In this document: piece by piece, positions 47,497 through 59,749 of the stretch
How positions within the stretch are numbered: the first letter of the stretch is position 1
How the letters are laid out: the number at the start of each line of letters is the position of its first letter
Assembly (NCBI GenBank): GCA_964016885.1
Contig: OZ024755.1
Location: 17,732,001-17,796,000 of the forward strand
Source of the DNA: Eledone cirrhosa
Taxonomy: Eukaryota
Direction: 5' to 3'
Length of the DNA: 64,000 bases
Position numbers and translations under genes: made by a program
Notes under the pieces: generated by a model
What the model was told of the DNA's origin: nothing
Seen by the model: the letters and a program-made list of their open reading frames with translations, nothing else
Database searches by the model: none

Positions 47497-50400
47497 TAGA
47501 TGACAGCTATGTTGTCTTCTCCCTCTTTCTGTTACTCTCTCTATGTATATACATCTCTCTCACTTAGTACCCCCTCCCTCTCTCTATATATGTATATGGA
47601 TGGAGGGCGATGTCATAACTTTCAGTCTATCTACTTCTTTCTGTCACCTCAAAAACACACGGCGATCCCTTTTCTCTATGTATATATCTCTCGCTAGGCG
47701 CTCCCCCTCTCTATAAAGTGAGCATGACAAACAGACAGCGCTCTTATTATAATATAGATTACTATTGTACCCATATCGTAAAAAATGATGGCAGTTTTAT
47801 TAATTTTGAAAATCATCGGTAGTATTGGTGACACCACAAAAAACGCCCAATTCACTTGCTGGCCAATTGAAAGGATCTGAGGGGAAGGAGAGCTAATGAG
47901 AAGCTTGTGGATATCTAATAAACCTTTCCTTAAAAAAACAAAAAACAACTCCTTAATCCCCTTGAAGTTTGAAAACAGTCCCCACTGCTCTGTTTTGCCT
48001 TGAAAAATTACACTCACAGACACACACATGTATTTATACCAGTAAGTTCCATTTTTATTGAAATAAGAAATATCTCACCGATATCTGGCATTATTTGATA
48101 GATTTATTATTTTGTTATTCTGTTGCGAAGCAGTATCCTTGGTCTTTTGTTGTACTGTATGACTGCTAGCACTTGTAGAATTTGAGACACTGTTACTGCT
48201 CTGAGATGAATGCATTCTATTTAATAGAGACGTACTCCAGCTTTTATGTTTTTTGGTTTCTACATTTAACCGAAACTTATCAATGCCATTGAAATTTTGC
48301 GCGTTTGAAGTTGGGGATAATACAAATGAATTTATTGTTTTTTTTTTGAAATATTTCTTTTTACGTCTCAAGTTTCCGGCTGTCGTACGGACATATTTTT
48401 GAGACACCAAACCGATTTTGTATGAGAGTTTAACGTTGGTTGGTTCAGGAAGTCTCTCTAAAGCTTTAACAAATAAACAGAAGAGATATTCTAAAATAAT
48501 ATAAAACTGCAAACGATAAAACAGGTAATCAACCTTCCTTTAACCCTTTAGCATTTAAACCAGCCATATCTGGCCACAATTCTCTTGCCTCTTTCTGTTC
48601 AAACCAGCTGTAACCGGCCACTCAAACTGATGTTAAGGTATTGTTCTCAAAATAAATATCAAAATCTCATAGATTCGATATTATGTGTGAAAATCTAATA
48701 GTATATATAGAATAATGTAAATGCTAAAGCATTAATAAATAACATTTAAACCGGCCATATCCGGCCAGAATTCTCTCACCACTTTCTGTTCAAACTGGCC
48801 ATAACCAGCTACTCATACTGATGTTAAGGAATTGTTCTCAAAATAAATATCAAAATCTCATAGATTCAATATCATGTAAGATAATTATGTAAGGTAAAGC
48901 CTTTACCATGAAAATAGAATAATGTAAATGCTAAAAGGTTAATAAATAACATTTTAATCTAAAGTCAATCTCAGAGAAATTTCAACTCAGAAATGGGAGA
49001 GAACAAAAACATAGAATTATAAATAAGTTAATCTTTACGTAATGAATATTTATGCACAACAAAAAATCTAAAAGAAATTTAATGTAGATATAATTACAGT
49101 TTATAAGCCTCGCTATGAAAATTTAAACAAATGTAAAGTACATTGTTATTTTCTTTGTACACAGAAAAAAAAGCTAAGAGACTGTTTTTACATGTTTCAC
49201 AACTTATTGGTTGGTTATCAACAGTCAAGTACCCTTATCCTTCTATCCACAAAAATAGAAATAGTCAAATGCTATTAGGACTTAACTGAAATGGTCAGTC
49301 TAATTTGCATATTGTTCATTCATTGTAGGTATAATTAATCAAATAATGAATATTTACACGTAACAGTGTGTATTAGAAAACCTAAGGTAAATTTTATGTA
49401 TGAGCGTTAGCTGAAAAGTTCATAGATTGACCAGGATACTCTCATGAAATGACCAAATGAGGTTTATTTTTCAATATAGTCTCTGGAAAGAAACAATGCA
49501 ATTATTATTGAGAAGAGTGGATTGGCAGAATCAGTAGAGCATCTGACACCATGCTTGGCAGCATAGAGTTACGGTCTGAGTTCAAATACCACCGAGGTTA
49601 ACTTTGCCTTTCATCCTTACTGGGTCGATAAAATAAAGCACCAGTAATGTACTGGGGTCGATTTAGTCGACTTTCCCCTCCCCCAAATTACTGGCCCTGT
49701 GCCTATAGTAGAAATCATTATTGAGAAGAGTTGAAATTAATGCACACAAGATTTCACAGCTCTAGCATCACTCCTTCATGAACTTTTCAGCTGACCCTCA
49801 TAGGTAAGTTAACTGTAAATATATTATGAAAAACATTAGTTAAATAAGTGCCCTTCTCTTTGTTTCATCAGTTGGATGAAGTTTAATGAAGACTGAAACT
49901 TTGTATCACATTCCTAACAATTGATCAACGGTTTCATGTGGTGTTAAGCAACAGAGAGTACAATTCAGGACAAAAATCCATTGCAGGGCTCGCAGCTTCT
50001 GCAGGTACTCATTTTTTTCAGTTGAATGGGCGGGACCAATGTAAAATAAAATGAAGTTCCTTGCTCAAGGACAAAACATGCCATCCAGTCAAGGATCAAA
50101 CTCACAGTTTACAACTATGAATCCAACACCCTAACCACTAGGCCACACATATTTGATTTTAACCCTTTTGATACCAAAATGCCTTAAACTGACCCTGGTT
50201 CTATAACAAAACTTTATTATAAAGTGTTTATATTTTGCCAAAAACCTTCCTTGGCAGTATTGGTAGAGGGTCGGATGCCATGCTTTACAGCAAAGAGTTA
50301 CGACCCTTTATGGTCTGAGTTCAAATCCCACCGAGGTTAACTTTGCCTTTCATCCTTATTCATCCTTACGGGGTCGATAAAATAAAGTACCAGTAATGTA

Positions 50401-53400
50401 CTGGGTAATTGCTGGCCTTGTGCCAAAAGTAGAAACAATTATATAAAAACATTTCAGTTATGTGCCATACACCAGCTTCATTATAAATGTTTATCATTAA
50501 ATCCTTTCAAATTTTGAATTATTTTCAAAATAATTTGAAAATCGTAGACAGTGTCTTCCATTAAAAATAGTATGATAGTGAAGGGGTTAACTGGTATTAT
50601 TGTTAGGAAGTGAAGGGCATGTGGCTTAGTGGTTACAAAATTAGATTTACAAGTTTGATTCCTGGACCTGGCGACGTGTTCAATCCTTGAGCAAGACACT
50701 CTATTCACATTGTGCTTTTTACCAGGAGTTGCTACCTGTAGATGATATCAGCAATGAAAAGACCAATGGAAACATTGTCTACTTAGTTCAATTCCAAGAC
50801 CAGGCAATGCGTTATGTCCTTGAGCAAGACACTTTATTTCACATTGCTTTTTCTGGCAGGAGTTGCAACTGGTAGTTGATATCAGCAATGAAAAGACTAA
50901 TGGAAACATTGTTTACTTGGTCCGATTTGAAGAGTTTGATTCCAAGATCAGGCAATGCGTTATGTCCTTGAGCATGACACTTTATTTCTGCCAAGAGTTG
51001 CAACTGGTAGATAGTATCAATAATGGAAAAACCAATGGTAACATTGTTTACTTGGTCTGATTGGATGAATTGCACCTCAACTAAGTGGGCGAATGAGGTT
51101 TGAGATCTTGTCAATCAATTGCTAGGAATGTGACACAAACTAAACCAATGATAAATTGATTTCCAATAAGTATTTTCAGTTATTGATACATCATAAAATC
51201 GTTATTGTGGAAATGACTCACTAGAATTAAACAGTGGATAAGAAATCTTTCCGTTACAATTATTTTCAGTTGAGGACTTAATTTGCTCCTTTTTAACACT
51301 TTCGGCCCTTAACTTCTGATGCATAAAGAGAAGTATGTATCTGTGTAAATATTTAAAAAAAATTATCGTAATTTCATTTCAATAACACAACTGTATTTTC
51401 AACTCTTAATGATTTAGCAAAAACAATATCTAAAAACAGGTTTGTTAATCACTGGACAGATTTTACAGGCAAAACCAACCAGCAGGAGACCCAGGGGTAG
51501 AAGACACTGAGCAAGATGGTTGGATAACATCCATGAGCTTGGCTGGTCTCGCTTGGAGATTGTTGCTTCTGGCAGGACCCATTGGAAGGAGTGTATGAGG
51601 ACTCTTCCCCCATGACCCTCTCAAGAATAAGTGACATTGCAGAAGAAGTGATATAGATAAGTGTGGCCAGGAGAATTAAAGTGACATAGCAAACAAAGAG
51701 ATATAGGTAGGTGTGGCCAGGAGAATTAAAGTGACATTGCAAACGAAGAGATGTAGGTAGGTGTGGCCAGGAGAATTAAAGTGACATTGCAAACGAAGAG
51801 ATGTAGGTAGGTGTGGCCGGGAGAATTAAAGTGACATTGCAAACGAAGAGTGTAGGTAGGTGTGGCCAGGAGAATTAAAGTGACATTGCAAACGAAGAGA
51901 TGTAGGTAGGTGTGACCAGGAGAATTAAAACATCTAGCCATAGAAAACCTGCCAAAACAAATGGTCACAAGGACTATTCAGTCGTGCCATAGACATGACA
52001 ATCCCCCCAATGATGGTGATCTAGATCAGTGCTACTCAAAGTTGTGGTCCGCAGACCGGCGCCGGTACGCAGCCAGTGTCCAGGCCATGCTAAGGAATCA
52101 TTTGAGGAATTTTTTTTTATTACTTTTTTATATGTTTTGATATTATATTATTTGTTTACAAAATAAATAGAAGATAAAAAAATGGTCAACTATTATTATA
52201 TTCATTATATATATCGTTTCCGGTATAAATTAATATTACTACGAAATATTAGCGGTACGTGGCACATTGAAAAAAAAGTGCCGGCCAGCCACATCAGATA
52301 GTTTGAGAAGCACGGATCTAGATGATAAACATACCTGGAAGACTGTAAAGTGGATGGTGATCGGAACGGCATCCAACTATAGCAAACATGCCAATCAGAG
52401 GGTTTGGAGAACACTTCAGCTGAGTCAAAGACCTGACAACTTCCATAGTGTTGATGCCATGATAAAATACACTTTATAAAGTGTAGGGTAGCATTGTATG
52501 CCACCGTCTAGGACTTGGCAATGGCAATGAATGACAGACCCACGTGGAGATCAATTGTTGAGTCGATTTCGGCTGAGGCCGCCGGATGATGAAATGCAAT
52601 CAATGAAGCCCCTAGTCCACACTGTAAAGTAGTCATGTAGGTGCCACAACAAAAAGTGCCTAGCCCACACTGTAAAGTGGTTGTGTAGGTGTCACGACAA
52701 AAAGCACCCAGTGCTCACTGTAAATGAAGTTGGTGTTAGGAAGGGCATCCAGCTGTAGAAACCAAGCCAGAATCAGTTCTGCATGAGCAAGACATGATCA
52801 CTTGACTTAGCATTGCGCTCAACAGGACAACCTGTCTAACCCATGCTAGCATGGAAAATGGCCATAAACATCCAGCCCATACTGTAAAGTTGTCATGTAA
52901 AAGACATGGCAAAAAGCACCCAGCACACACTGTAACTGTGTTTGGCACTAGGAAGGACATCCAGCCATAGAAAACCAGCCAGAAACAGTCCTATATGAGC
53001 AAGACATGGTCACCCGACCCAACTTGCCTCTAAGTGGGACAAACCCGTTTAACCCTTGTTAGCATGGAAGATGGACATTAAACAATGATGATGATACATT
53101 GTACCCCTATGTGTTGTATGAGATGATTAAAAAGGTTAGTATCAGGAACATCAACTGGCTGTAAAACATTGCCTAAAAACATTTTGTCCAACCCATGCCA
53201 ACATGGAAAAGTGGATGTAAAAATGATGATGAAAAAGAATTTACCTTTCGATATGTCTTTCAAGCCAATCTTGACCAAATTCAATATTTTTATTGTTTTC
53301 AAATAACACATTCCATGGAGTTTTGTTATTAGGTTTGCCGCTTGATAAAGAAAAAGTTCGGAATAGTTAAGTATTTTTGCAGATGTAATATTATTTTCTT

Positions 53401-56400
53401 TAACCTGTTAGCATTTAAACCGGCCATATCCGGCCAGAATTCTCTTCCCTCTTTCTGTTCAAACCTGCTGTAAGCGACCACACATACTGATGTTAAGGTA
53501 TTGTTCTTAAAATAAATACTCTCAAAATCTCATAGATTCGATATTATGTCAGATAATTATGTGAGGTAAAGACTTTGCCATGAAAATACCATAGTATATA
53601 TAGAGCAATGTAAATGCTAAAGGGTTAAATTGAAGCATTTGAACTTCCTGATGCCAACCACTTTACAAAGTGTACTGGATACATTTTATTGTGGCACCAG
53701 CACTAGAGCAGTTATCACACGCTTGGCATAACTGATGAGTTCTCTCTACTGTGTGTTATTAACTTTCTAGTACCTTTTAGTATACAAGCAACGTTTTAAG
53801 GTTATTTGTCCCTTGCCAAAAAAAAAACACTATATATATATATATTATATATTGCATTCAAAGTTATAGATGTCGTGTTTGAGATAATCTCGAACATGCA
53901 TTTTGTCTCCCAAAAATAAGCTCAAAGAAAGAATTCAAAGAATAAATCCGACCATTTAATCATTACAAAATAGTGAATGACATATATATACATACATAAA
54001 TATCCAATGATATAAATGTATATTAGGACATATCAAACTTTAACAAGAGACAATCTGTATAGAAGGTAAGAACACATAGTTCATTACAGTATCATATTAA
54101 AATTTAACAAAAATTGAAAATATAGATACCTGATAAAAATCATATATATATATTTTAGCAAAGTCCCTTGTAATATTTATTCTACACCAAGTTAATCTTT
54201 GTCACTTCCACTATCAGCAATACAGCATTACATTGCTGTAGCAAACCATGTTATTGTTTCCCATAATGTGATAAAACAATTTTTTGTAAAATATCTATCT
54301 TTATCTGTGTCCTGAAACCAAAAAAAATGTTACCTAGTCTACAAGAAACCATATTAGGCTTTATCATAATATTACTCAGATCTTCATTTATTTGCTGTAG
54401 ATATTTGATAATTAAATGTAACCTACCATGAGTATTTCTTTGAATATTCTGCCAAACGTATTTCAAATTCTGTTTTAAGATTCTGTAAAGATTACACAAT
54501 CAATTATAATTTTAGGCGTTGAGTAACTGAAAAAGTGGTTTCTGATTTAGGTACAAGGTAAATAATTTTGGGAGGCGGGGAATGTCGATTAAATCGACAC
54601 TAATGCATTACTGGTACTTTATTTTATCGACCCCATAAGGATGAAAGGCAAAACTAACCTTGGCAGGATTTGAACTCAGAACATAAAGGGCTAATGGTTT
54701 CTGATTTAGGCACAAGGCAAATCATTTTGGGAGGAGGGGAAAGTCGATTAAATTGACACCAGTGTGTTACTGGTACTTTATTTCATTGGTGTAGTGTTGG
54801 CAAATTTCAGGAAGCATGGAGGCCTTAAAGGATGCAGTGTCTTGACAGCTAACAACTGATGCAGATAGTTTGTTCCATGCTTCAGCAACTCTGAGCGTGA
54901 AAAATTGTTTCCGAAAGTCATGGGAACTGTGCTGTTTTCTGACTTTGTGGGCATGCCCACGTGTGTTAGACATATGGATCTAATTTATCTCTATTAGACA
55001 AACATTAGATATTTCTATTAAGACAAAATACTGTAAAGGAAATGGCTAAGATATCAAATGAATCTGTATTAGACAAGCATTAGATATTTCTATTAAGACA
55101 AAATACTGTAAAGGAAATGGCTAGGATATCAAATGAATCTGTATTAGACAAGCATTAGATAGTTCGATAAAGATAAAACATTGTCAAATGTCCTTACTTT
55201 AGAGTATTTGTGTCCAAATGATGGTATCGTGATTGGGTAGATATCCACACTCTCCTTCTCAGCATCAACTTCTGTTTCTTCTGTTTCTTCTGTTTCTTCT
55301 GTTCCTTCTGTTCCTTCTTTTTCTTCTGTTTCTTCTGTTTCTTCTTTTTCTTCTGTTCCTTCTTTTTCTTCTGTTCCTTCTTTTTCTTCTGTTTCTTCTG
55401 TTCCTTCTTTTTCTTCTGTTCCTCCTTTTTCTTCTGTTACTCCTTTTTCTACTGTTCCTTCTTTTTCTTCTGTTACTCCTTTTTCTTCTGTTCCTTCTTT
55501 TTCTTCTGTTCCTTCTTTTTCTACTGTTTCTTCTTTTTCTTCTGTTTCTTTTTTTTCTTCTTGATCTGAGGAGAAAAATAAGGATATTCAATGATCAATA
55601 AAATTCATTTTTATCAATATATGGACATCCCTTTAGACATACATAAAATACAGATACAGTCCACACTATAAAGTGGTTGTGTTGGTGACCCGACAAAAAG
55701 TGCCTAGTCCGCACTGTGAAGTGGTCATGCTGGTGACACGACAAAAAGTGCCCAATTCACACTGTAAAGTGGTCATGTTGGTGACACGACAAAAAGTGCC
55801 CAGTTCACACTGTGAAGTGGTCATGTTGGTGACACGACAAAAAGTGCCCAGTTCACACTGTGAAGTGGTCATGTTGGTGACACGACAAAAAGTGCCCAGT
55901 TCACACTGTAAAGTGGTCATGTTGGTGACACGACAAAAAGTGCCCAGTTCACACTGTGAAGTGGTCATGTTGGTGACACGACAAAAAGTGCCCAGTTCAC
56001 ACTGTGAAGTGGTCATGTTGGTGACACGACAAAAAGTGCCCAGTTCACACTGTGAAGTGGTCATGTTGGTGACACGACAAAAAGTGCCCAGTTCACACTG
56101 TAAAGTGGTCATGTTGGTGACACGACAAAAAGTGCCCAGTTCACACTGTGAAGTGGTCATGTTGGTGACACGACAAAAAGTGCCCAGTTCACACTGTGAA
56201 GTGGTCATGTTGGTGACACGACAAAAAGGGCCCAGTTCACAATGTAAATGTTGTTGGCATCCAACCATAGAAACCAAGCCAGAAACAGTTCTGTATGAGC
56301 AAGACATGGTTATCTGGTCTGGCTTGTCTCATGATGATGATGATATGGAGCCATTGAAGGAGCTTCTATGTGGTTACTTAAAGCCTGTCTTGAGCCCAGA

Positions 56401-58556
56401 GGTTCATTAGGCCAGTGCTTATCCTAGTTTCCATGGTGTGAAGTGACTGATAGTACAAGACTTCCCCCCTGGATAGGATGCTAGTCCATCACAGGTTTAA
56501 ACCTCCCGTTAGTGTTAGTATCCCTTTTCAGGTGAGTACACTGGAGCAACGTGAAATAACATGTTTTGCTCAAAAACACAACACACAGCCCAGTCCAGGG
56601 ATCAAACCCATGACATTATGATCATAAGTCCAACACACTTACTACTCGGCTACTATGTGGTTACTTAACCTCCTGGAAATAGCAGCTAAATCTCCTTCAA
56701 ACCACATAGCCACCAAACTACATATTCTAACATGTCCAGAGTATAGGAACTGTGATCTCTCAATGTAGAGAAGTAGTTAATCTATCTGGAGCAACTCCCT
56801 GATCTCCAAGCTACGCACCCTATTGAGAAAAACATTACTCCAAAAACCTTTCAGAGGAACCCCATTTCAGCAATTTGTATTCACAATTGTATTTTTTTTT
56901 TTTTTTTTTTTTTATGAGGGGTCATTACTCTAGTAGCATGACCACAAGTAAGGGAAGGTACAAATAGTGAATTAAAAATAGCAAGTTTGACTTTTATACC
57001 TACAAATATAATTGCAACAAAAATTCTAATTCAAAGCTATGAAATAATTACCTTTTGGTCTGGATTCTAATCCCAATGATGAATGTGGAAAAACATTTGG
57101 TTCAGCAATAGACTTTGTAAGTCTGTTGTAGAATATTCGTTGGGCATTAAGGTCATCATGGATTTTTTTCAACTTCTGATTTTTGTGCTGAAAGTTATAT
57201 ATATATACTGATGAATTTGTTTTGCAAGGTTTTTGATATGAAATCATGTGTTCAAACAAATATCTGCTCTCCAAATAAGCAAGTCAACTCCGATCAATCT
57301 TTTAAGTCTCTCATAGGAATACACCCTTGATAATGTGTTTTTAAACCCAAAAATATTTGGGATTATCAGATTTGTTAAGGTAAGATTCTTTTGTTATCTT
57401 AGCAATCTTGATTTTCTTTCTAATGCATTGTATGGTTTTCAAAATTATTTAAATATTGTTATATTTGGGGAGGGTCATGTTGTTATAATATTGCCAGAAA
57501 TATATAGTAAAACACACTCACTGTTTGGTTTGAGTTGGTTTTCGCTTCATTATATTTTATATTTCTATAATTAATTCAGGTGGCAGTCAATGTTTATCAT
57601 TGAATGACCAACAGTTAAAAATATAGATATAAATATAGTTCCTTAGAATTATTTTGTCACACACCTGTGACATCATTGATGTCACAGGTGTGTGATGTTA
57701 TTATGTCCCTCCCATTGTATTGCAATACAATGGGAGGAAGCATAATAACATCACTGATGATGTGACAGGTGTGTGACAACCAGTTCTACTTTTTGGGTAA
57801 ATCCATTCAATGTTCAGAGAGTGGGGTTGACCCTGTGCAAAGCCTTTCCTCACTTAAAAAATCTTCAAGCGCTGGCACCGCTTGATATGTGACATTTTTT
57901 ACGATACATGGTATTGCTAGCCATAGTCAAGTCCCTAGGAAGACTAAAATGCCATGTCCAAGATGCTTGTGCTTAAATATCAAGTAATGGCATTACTCAA
58001 AATCGAGTTGCAGCCATCATGTAAGCATGTCTCATCATCATCATCATCGTTGATTAACGTCTATCTTCCATGTTAGCATGGGTTAGACTAGTGTGTATGT
58101 ACATATGTATGTGTGTGTGTCTAACTGAATCTATGCTTACGATGCATGTCTAACAACTGGTTTTCTTGGTGAAAGAAAGAAAGAATGAGAAAAAGAAAGA
58201 ACACTGATTTTTTTTCATGAAAGAAAACAATTTTAGAACATTTGCTCTCTCCTCGTTTTGCTTTACTTTTAATTACATTCTATGAAATTTAACCCCCAAA
58301 ATATTTAGAATGTTTTTGACAGATCATAGCATTCATGTGTGACAGACGGACAAAATATGCTATACAGTTATTATAATATAGATTTCAAAGTATCAAACAA
58401 AAAAAACAACATTACTTCTGTGACATTTTCAGTAGTTGAATTACTGTGTTTTACAGGGTTAATTCTATTGGGCATTGTCGAAAAGTTCTGAAGAGATTTC
58501 TTTCCAAAAAGAGAAATTGGCTTTCTTATTAGTTGGTGATCGGAAATGTTTTGCAT
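46265..58556 (-). CDS. Uncharacterised multi-exon protein (~536 aa) with a Glu/Lys/Thr-rich repeat exon; 5' end possibly incomplete
   Basis: Nine exons 58556-58416, 57187-57052, 55565-55198, 54482-54427, 53340-53245, 51340-51222, 48463-48079, 47417-47289, 46445-46265; all AG/GT bounded, junction phases 0,1,0,2,2,1,2,2, one open frame of 1611 nt ending TAG. No family recognised. Confidence 0.72.
47289..47417 (-). CDS. Gene 4 exon (MYKNRKTGCGDQKSNTLQLPDYILNAMYFRPS...)
   Basis: atttag|C...AG|gtaaca. Confidence 0.68.
48079..48463 (-). CDS. Gene 4 exon (LERLPEPTNVKLSYKIG...basic stretch RRKKKYFKKK...Ser-rich)
   Basis: Long open frame; donor CG|gtgaga; acceptor at 48463 or 48457 (same phase). Confidence 0.72.
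50159..50590. mobile_element. Second piggyBac-type MITE family with a nested SINE
   Basis: TTAACCCTTTTGATACC...GTGAAGGGGTTAA. Confidence 0.65.
51222..51340 (-). CDS. Gene 4 exon (YILLFMHQKLRAESVKKEQ...PLFNS)
   Basis: tacacag|A...A|gtgagt. Confidence 0.7.
51460..51930 (+). mobile_element. RTE-type LINE 3' end followed by a 50-bp tandem array derived from its tail
   Basis: Matches the reverse complement of 3705-3920; unit AAAGTGACATTGCAAACGAAGAGATGTAGGTAGGTGTGGCCAGGAGAATT, about 5-6 copies. Confidence 0.65.
52027..52315. mobile_element. hAT (Charlie-like) MITE
   Basis: CAGTGCTACTCAAA...TTTGAGAAGCACGG, 8-bp TSD ATCTAGAT. Confidence 0.85.
53245..53340 (-). CDS. Gene 4 exon (GKPNNKTPWNVLFENNKNIEFGQDWLERHIER)
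   Basis: ctttatcaag|C...AG|gtaaat. Confidence 0.65.
54427..54482 (-). CDS. Gene 4 exon (NLKTEFEIRLAEYSKKYS)
   Basis: tttacag|AAT...TG|gtaggt. Confidence 0.65.
54788..54975 (-). mobile_element. CR1-type LINE 3' fragment
   Basis: [35 protein letters not shown]; same family as 22590-22998. Confidence 0.8.
55198..55565 (-). CDS. Gene 4 exon with (TEEKEG)n acidic repeat, ending DIYPITIPSFGHKYSK
   Basis: ttctcctcag|AT...AAA|gtaagg; 368 nt, phase 1-0. Confidence 0.72.
55657..56250 (+). repeat. 48-bp minisatellite from the SINE-A internal unit, ~12 copies
   Basis: GTGGTCATGTTGGTGACACGACAAAAAGTGCCCAGTTCACACTGTGAA. Confidence 0.95.
57052..57187 (-). CDS. Gene 4 exon (HKNQKLKKIHDDLNAQRIFYNRL...RPK)
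   Basis: ctttcag|CAC...AAAG|gtaatt. Confidence 0.72.
57653..57779. repeat. ~125-bp compound palindrome
   Basis: TTGTCACACACCTGT...ACAGGTGTGTGACAA with central perfect CCTCCCATTGTATTGCAATACAATGGGAGG. Confidence 0.85.
58416..58556 (-). CDS. Gene 4 exon (MQNISDHQLIRKP...ENVTE)
   Basis: attacag|ATG...GAA|gtaatg. Confidence 0.65.
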
Positions 58557-58714
58557 CTGTAATCACAAAATGATAATAATAGATAGACTAAATCATTTGT
58601 ATCTTGGGTATCTTTTTCTATCCAGTGGGTTTATATGCCACATTATTTGACTATATTATTTTGTCAAATGTTAAGGCAAAACTTCTGTTTCTATTTCAAT
58701 ATATATATACATAT

Positions 58715-58880
58715 GTGTGTGTAAGAGGTAAACAGAAATAACAACACAATCGGTACAGTATATGGAAGGAATATATTAGGTCAACACTTGAAATAGCAGG
58801 AAGAGGGTCTTAACGTTTTGGATGCTAGTCCTTCATCGGAAGAAAGAATGAGAAATTAGAAAGATTGAAGCAGGGTGGAA
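58715..58880 (-). mobile_element. Penelope-like element terminal-repeat remnant with degenerate minimal hammerhead
   Basis: Minus strand CCGATGAAGGACTAGCATCCAAAACGTTA resembles CTGATGA-stem-GAAAC; abuts (TA/TG)n. Confidence 0.5.
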
Positions 58881-59749
58881 TTGGATAGGGAACAATGTTT
58901 TTCTTGGTTTTTCCATGCTGATACTATTTACCAGTCACAACTCCTGGCAGAAGAAGGGAGCCAATTGTTTGACTGGACTAAGGAAACAATGTTTCCATTG
59001 GTCTTTCTATTGATAATACTATCTATTGGTCACAACTCCTGGCAGAGAGAGCAACGTGAAATAAAGTGTGTTGCTCAAGGACATAACATATCACCTAGTT
59101 CAGAAATCAAACTCGCAACCTTATGATTGTGAATCCAATATTCTCAGAATATATAGTAACAAGTTGAGACAAATCACAACAGCTGAGTGAGAGTGAGGTA
59201 AAAATAACAGCAAGCTTGATTAAACACACTTGAGCAAGGAATTACTTGGCTGGCAACACTTAAAAGACTTTCCTACCATTTTATTTATTTTTTTTTTTTT
59301 TTTTTTAAACATTCAATCTGCATTTGGAAATATTCCAGTATTCCCAAAATATCAATAAACTGAGCTATTTATATTAACAACTTGCAGTTAACCCCTTCAA
59401 TGCCAAATCATATGAAATTACCCTTGATTTATTAATACTAAACTGATTTATTTTAAAGTGTTTCATCATCATCATCTTAAAGTCCACTTTCCCTGCTAGC
59501 AAGGGTTCGATGGGTCTACATAGACCAAGTCAGTACTGAAGTGGGGCTACTCAGCTCCCAGACAAGCCAAGGAAGTCTGTATCCCATTTACATACGACCA
59601 TATCGAGTGCAGAGGAGAAGTTATCATGTCTTTTGACACAAACTGAAGAGTTCTCCTAACCCCTTGTTAGGCAAGCTTTCTACAGCTGGATGGCCTTCCT
59701 AACACCAACCACTTTATATTTACTTAAACCATTACCATTTACATTACTG

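Noticed and set aside
54130-54250. Additional gene 4 exon ending CAG|gtatct at 54130
   Set aside because: The phase needed to join downstream exons contains stops.
55233-55601. (FLL)n and (RRN)n ORFs from the track
   Set aside because: Wrong frames; the splice-supported frame on the minus strand encodes the Glu-rich repeat.
59246-59272. 27-nt candidate upstream exon of gene 4
   Set aside because: The acceptor is preceded by poly(A) rather than a pyrimidine tract; no supporting evidence.
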